Shown here in pieces: positions 17,555 to 21,328 of a stretch of 21,328 bases of DNA (positions are counted from its first letter, which is position 1; each line of letters starts with the position of its first letter). Where the stretch lies: the NCBI GenBank assembly GCA_048881705.1, contig JBHLSH010000070.1:1-21328 (forward strand), written 5' to 3'. The notes beneath the pieces are model-generated. The model was not told the origin of the DNA. It searched no databases and saw only the letters and a list, made by a program, of their open reading frames with translations. This DNA comes from Candidatus Heimdallarchaeota archaeon (GTDB taxonomy: Archaea > Asgardarchaeota > Heimdallarchaeia > Hodarchaeales > Hodarchaeaceae). The translations under genes were made by a program, and so were the position numbers.

Positions 17555-18883
17555 ATGACGATTGCTCCTACACATTTGAGCCTAACAGGCATCGTATTTT
17601 GGGGCCTCCTCCCCCAATCGGAGCGTGATCGCTTTCGACAGGCAAAAAGATTGTTCTGGTTGGTACTCCTATTTTCAATTTTGCCTGATTTTGATGTCTT
17701 TCTTGGCCAACACCGGGGACTTTCCCACAGCATCATTCCACCCATTACGCTGATGGTACTAGGTTCACTTCTGCACACATATTACACATATTACAGTGTT
17801 CATCTCCAGAATCCTCAACAAATGAAATATGCTTTTTGGGGGCGTTGTGTGTTGTATGTCGGAGGAATTTGGCTATTTCATACGTCTCTAGATTGGGATT
17901 GGCCTTTAACCTTATTTTATCCGTTATCTGATCGAGCCTATCAAATAAGGTTCGAATATGTTCTAAGTCTTCTCCCGTGGCTAGTTTTTCCTGCCATGAT
18001 AATCGGAATAGGATTTAAAATAACAGGAATTTCCTATCTACAAGGTCTTGCGACATTCTTCATAAATTTGCCCTCTGATGTTCGCCAACAAATTTTTGGA
18101 GGCCCTACTGCTACTTTTACGATAACAGATTTTGTTTTGCATGTCACATTGTTTAGTTTATTCCTAGTTTACGTTGTTCAACCGATGACCCCTCAAATCA
18201 ATCTCAAAAAATCCCTTAATTGGAAGCGCGACCTGACTTATGATAAGCCATTATTGGGATTAGGTCTCATTTTGATCCTCTCAGGAACATTAACGGGACC
18301 GATGATTGGAATCCGGACCGCTAATTCTAGTTCCATTTCAGGTACGTTCGAAGTTTCTCAGTCCGTCTTTTCGCCGACAGTAGCTCTTTCATTTGAGTCT
18401 ACTCTATACCTCCTTCAACCAGGTACAGTCGTGCATATCAATGGTTTGATGAATGTCACGTCCAGCGGCTCCCTCTCCCATTCTCTCTATTTGATAAGCC
18501 CTTCGGTTTATACCCTGTTCACAGACAATACTTCCGAAACATATTCTGATTACCCTCTAAATTCAAGCCAGAATGAGCAGATGTTTCGGGCGAGATACCA
18601 GGAGTTTCTTACATCATTGGACACGAATTCATATGCAATGGCCTCTCCCTCAGATGAAAACGTTTCCCTTATAACTCTAGATCTTTCGACTGGTTCATAT
18701 GTACTTATGGGTGTCTTAACGGACTGGAATACTACCCAATTACTCAATGGAACACGACAAGGAGAGCATGTGAGGTTAGAAATAGGTTTTACTACCAATA
18801 GGATTACGATGTATATCCTTGGAGTTGTATTTCTCCTAAGCGGCATCGTAACAATGATATGGGCCTTTCGTTTGAAAAAATGA
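17555..18883 (+). CDS. YdjM/DUF457-type membrane metal-dependent hydrolase fused to a C-terminal TM-ectodomain-TM module (442 aa)
   Basis: Motifs PTH, SILPDFD, HRGLSHS and FHTSLD. The start is moved from 17468 (which overlaps uppP and gives an implausible N-terminus) to ATG 17555 (or 17546), just after the uppP stop with AAGGA upstream. Confidence 0.85.
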   Translation: MTIAPTHLSLTGIVFWGLLPQSERDRFRQAKRLFWLVLLFSILPDFDVFLGQHRGLSHSIIPPITLMVLGSLLHTYYTYYSVHLQNPQQMKYAFWGRCVLYVGGIWLFHTSLDWDWPLTLFYPLSDRAYQIRFEYVLSLLPWLVFPAMIIGIGFKITGISYLQGLATFFINLPSDVRQQIFGGPTATFTITDFVLHVTLFSLFLVYVVQPMTPQINLKKSLNWKRDLTYDKPLLGLGLILILSGTLTGPMIGIRTANSSSISGTFEVSQSVFSPTVALSFESTLYLLQPGTVVHINGLMNVTSSGSLSHSLYLISPSVYTLFTDNTSETYSDYPLNSSQNEQMFRARYQEFLTSLDTNSYAMASPSDENVSLITLDLSTGSYVLMGVLTDWNTTQLLNGTRQGEHVRLEIGFTTNRITMYILGVVFLLSGIVTMIWAFRLKK

Positions 18884-18942
18884 ACCCACCACCCCTTAAA
18901 CAGACCGTTTGTAAATCCATACACTTAGGCTAATAGAAATCC

Positions 18943-19107
18943 TTAATGATTATTATCGGCATGTGTGACCTCAATCATTCTATGACACCGGCCACAGTTA
19001 AAAACGGTGATTTTCTTTACTTCTTCGATTTTGATCCGCCTATAAACTGAATAGAGACTCGTCTTATAGGAATGCCCCTTGAATCTACATAAAATCCTAT
19101 TAAACGT
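18943..19107 (-). CDS. Probable 54-aa Zn-binding microprotein (C-x3-GH ... CxxC) with a non-canonical ACG start, or a start-codon pseudogene
   Basis: The frame reads (T/M)FNRILCRFKGHSYKTSLYSVYRRIKIEEVKKITVFNCGRCHRMIEVTHADNNH*. AGGTGG lies 6 nt upstream of ACG, and an in-frame TAA sits immediately 5' of it. It is not in the supplied ORF track. Confidence 0.55.
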   Translation of the reverse strand, partial: TFNRILCRFKGHSYKTSLYSVYRRIKIEEVKKITVFNCGRCHRMIEVTHADNNH

Positions 19108-19113
19108 TTATTT

Positions 19114-19119
19114 CCACCT
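19114..19119 (-). promoter_or_regulatory. Shine-Dalgarno site (AGGTGG) in front of the ACG-start microprotein frame
   Basis: The minus strand reads AAAGGTGG-AAATAA-ACG. The motif and the 6-nt spacing are the same as for the upstream ferredoxin-like gene. Confidence 0.55.
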
Positions 19120-19189
19120 TTCAATCTAATCTGAAATAATCATATCCTCGATCGCTTCAGTAAACAGAACCATTTGTTTTCTATGTTCA

Positions 19190-20158
19190 TCAACTAGACT
19201 CTTGAAAATTAGTTATATCGAGACCGTAGATATCCTTTTGTTTTCCGCAACGCGTGTTTCCGATTCGAATGGGCGTCTTCTCCAATTGTATATTTACCTT
19301 ATACGAACCCTTTATTGTCTTGTCTCCCGATTCATAATTTATGAGAACTGTGGCTTTGCTATTTTCATGATATATAAGCCTAGCTGTCTTCTTCCAATCG
19401 ATCCATGCCCAGTCGTTTCTATAAAAGGCCTCTCTCTCCGCAGCCTGACTATAAGAGTCTATTCCTAGGATCCCGCGGTAATGATTCTTTGGAATGCTCG
19501 ACACCGGTCCGTTTCTCCTTATCAGCGTTTCTAGGGTTTTTTCGTTGATATAGGCCCAATATCTCCCTTCTGGTAAATCCAATATTGTAGGGGCAAACCG
19601 ATGACCCGTTAGATGACTTGTTTCCCATACTCTTAGTTTCCTGTTCGGAATTCGTTCGTATTTTTCCTTTAGGATTTTACGCAGGTTTGCGCCAAATTTC
19701 CCGCAACAATAATCACGCTCTTCATGTGTGCAAATAAGCAAATCTCGAGTTTTATTTTGTGATTCAAGATATCGTGCATAATTATCTGTCAAGGTCATCC
19801 TGTCCCACGGAAGTTCCGGAAGAGCATTCAACAGCCCATTGGGCAAGAACAGTTCAAGTTTGTCCATTTTTTCCAACTTACTTGGAGTTTTTTGAAAATA
19901 AAAGAGTCTAGTGAACCCATTTCTGGAATAATCATTATTGGGCCTGATAGCTTGTATTCTCACCTGACGGATGGCATTTTTATTATACCTGGTTATGATT
20001 TCTTTAATTCTTTTATTTAGGTTGGGGGATTTAGTAATCTTACGATGCCAAGGAGCAGGGAGCTCAACTAAAAGGAGTGCGTTGATACTAGTCGGCGCGG
20101 TTCCTATCGGATCAATAGGATATGATTTTGATGCAATTGAACACGCCTGATCGATCAT
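19190..20158 (-). CDS. Sucrase/ferredoxin-like protein (thioredoxin-like [2Fe-2S] ferredoxin, Aim32/Apd1 type), 322 aa
   Basis: N-terminal CS..S...IGTA...LLVELPAPW, then CTHEERDYCC (C-x8-C) and WETSHLTGHRFAPT..DLPEG. The start is moved from TTG 20185 to ATG 20158, which has AGGTGG 6 nt upstream. Confidence 0.9.
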   Translation of the reverse strand: MIDQACSIASKSYPIDPIGTAPTSINALLLVELPAPWHRKITKSPNLNKRIKEIITRYNKNAIRQVRIQAIRPNNDYSRNGFTRLFYFQKTPSKLEKMDKLELFLPNGLLNALPELPWDRMTLTDNYARYLESQNKTRDLLICTHEERDYCCGKFGANLRKILKEKYERIPNRKLRVWETSHLTGHRFAPTILDLPEGRYWAYINEKTLETLIRRNGPVSSIPKNHYRGILGIDSYSQAAEREAFYRNDWAWIDWKKTARLIYHENSKATVLINYESGDKTIKGSYKVNIQLEKTPIRIGNTRCGKQKDIYGLDITNFQESS

Positions 20159-20164
20159 CACAAT

Positions 20165-20170
20165 CCACCT
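20165..20170 (-). promoter_or_regulatory. Shine-Dalgarno site (AGGTGG) for the ferredoxin-like gene
   Basis: The minus strand reads AAGGTGG-ATTGTG-ATG. Confidence 0.6.
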
Positions 20171-20485
20171 TATCTTAACTTTCAAGATTTCCTGCTGAGT
20201 ACTAGCCCATAGCGATATAATATTGATCTATATTTGATCATGTATGCCTGACTATAAAATCGCAGTATGATGAATAATAAATAATCGATCTGATTCATAG
20301 CAGGAAAGGCCAAATGGTCTCATTCGACTTCGTAGGTCGAGAGTAAGTCAAACGAATTTCCTTGGGAACAGATGAGGCAGGGAATTTTATTCGCCTATCA
20401 AATCATCAAATGTTGAGGAACAGAGTGAAAACGTTATTATTAGGCGATGTTAGGAAATCGTTCACCTTAAACATCTTAAAATGCC

Positions 20486-21328
20486 TCATGATTGAATCCC
20501 ACGTGCAAGTCTAACATGAGAGTCAGCGAGATCTAAGCCACTCGCGAGACTTATTAGTAGATTCAACTCTTGTGCGGTTACCGCTGCTCCTATAATCTCA
20601 GCAAGTTTTAAGGCATTTTCTCCCGGGATTTTACCTGGTCCTTGACATTGGAGGAGAGTTAAGGATTCACGAGCGGTTGGGGTTTCTGTCCCCCCTCCTA
20701 TTGTTGCTACCTCCAGTGATGGCAACGATACTCCAAAGTAGAGAGCCTCCCCTAGATCTTCCGCATATACAAAACACGATGAACTCTCTGTAGTTTGAGC
20801 TAGATCCTGTCCTGTTGCTGCAAAGAGGGCAGCCACTGCATTTCCCGCATTTGCATTAAAGCCAGCAATGGTTCCAGAAAGGGAAGAACCCATCCAGTTC
20901 TTTACGAAGTTGAGACGTTCAATAAGCCTTGGAGTTATATGAGATCGAAGTGACGCTAGTGTGCTAGCTGGGATTACGACTTCAGTTTCCACATGTTTTC
21001 CGCGATTCAAGAGAACGTTAACGTGTGTGCTTTTTTTATCAGTACACATATTTCCAGACAAAGCAATCAGTTTTATCTCTGGAAATTTCGACTCTATATA
21101 GCGAATGGCATCAGCCGAATACCTAGTAGCACTGTTCATTCCCATGGCATCTCCAGTTTGAAATACAAACCGTAACCACAAGAATTTGGATTGCTGAAAT
21201 ACTTGAAGATCATCCAGACGTGAAACCGTTGCAGATGCCTCGCTAGCATCCTTTATCTCTTGAAATAGCCCGTTATTTTTGTGCTGGAGTTTCATCTTGA
21301 GATTTCTTGCAAAATCGATACTAGGACA
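20486..21328 (-). CDS. hmgA: Class I (NADPH) 3-hydroxy-3-methylglutaryl-CoA reductase, 5'-truncated by the window edge
   Basis: Motifs TGDAMGMN, SGNMCTDKK, ATGQD, LPSLEVATIGGGT and a C-terminal catalytic His (SHVRL). The frame stays open from 21295 to the window end (CPSIDFARNLK-MKL). The ENVIG/TTEG region is absent, so it must lie outside the window. Confidence 0.95.
   Translation of the reverse strand, partial: CPSIDFARNLKMKLQHKNNGLFQEIKDASEASATVSRLDDLQVFQQSKFLWLRFVFQTGDAMGMNSATRYSADAIRYIESKFPEIKLIALSGNMCTDKKSTHVNVLLNRGKHVETEVVIPASTLASLRSHITPRLIERLNFVKNWMGSSLSGTIAGFNANAGNAVAALFAATGQDLAQTTESSSCFVYAEDLGEALYFGVSLPSLEVATIGGGTETPTARESLTLLQCQGPGKIPGENALKLAEIIGAAVTAQELNLLISLASGLDLADSHVRLARGIQS

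Noticed and set aside
20159-20185. TTG 20185 start for the ferredoxin-like gene
   Set aside because: The extension contains the AGGTGG RBS positioned for ATG 20158 (or GTG 20161), and family similarity starts at the CS motif.
20324-20340. TCGAC-7-GTCGA hairpin between hmgA and the ferredoxin-like gene as a terminator or ncRNA
   Set aside because: The stem is only 5 bp with no adjacent U-tract, so there is not enough evidence.
15247-21175. Remaining short antisense ORFs (15247+, 16871-, 17354-, 17518-, 18550-, 19202+, 20993+)
   Set aside because: They lie antisense to or overlap well-supported genes and have no coding signatures of their own.

Overview
AT-rich prokaryotic window, most likely archaeal. 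An Asgard/Heimdallarchaeia-like origin is inferred from a class I archaeal-type HMG-CoA reductase, GGTGA/GGTGG ribosome-binding sites and the giant Ig-repeat surface protein. The first 12.2 kb is one giant membrane-anchored surface protein that is already open at the left edge (>4,081 aa). It has 24 tandem ~102-aa Ig-like repeats, one different Ig-like domain, an ~810-aa parallel beta-helix whose rungs carry Gly-rich (GGX)n insertions, 7 more repeats, and a C-terminal TM helix + KKRR. Three unknown minus-strand genes follow: a 3-TM protein, a type I membrane protein with a large helical cytoplasmic domain, and a basic soluble protein. Then come a uppP + YdjM-family membrane metallohydrolase operon, a probable hidden 54-codon Zn-binding microprotein with an ACG start, a sucrase/ferredoxin-like (Aim32/Apd1-type) protein, and the 3' part of hmgA running off the right edge. 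No CRISPR array, rRNA, tRNA or transposase was recognised.
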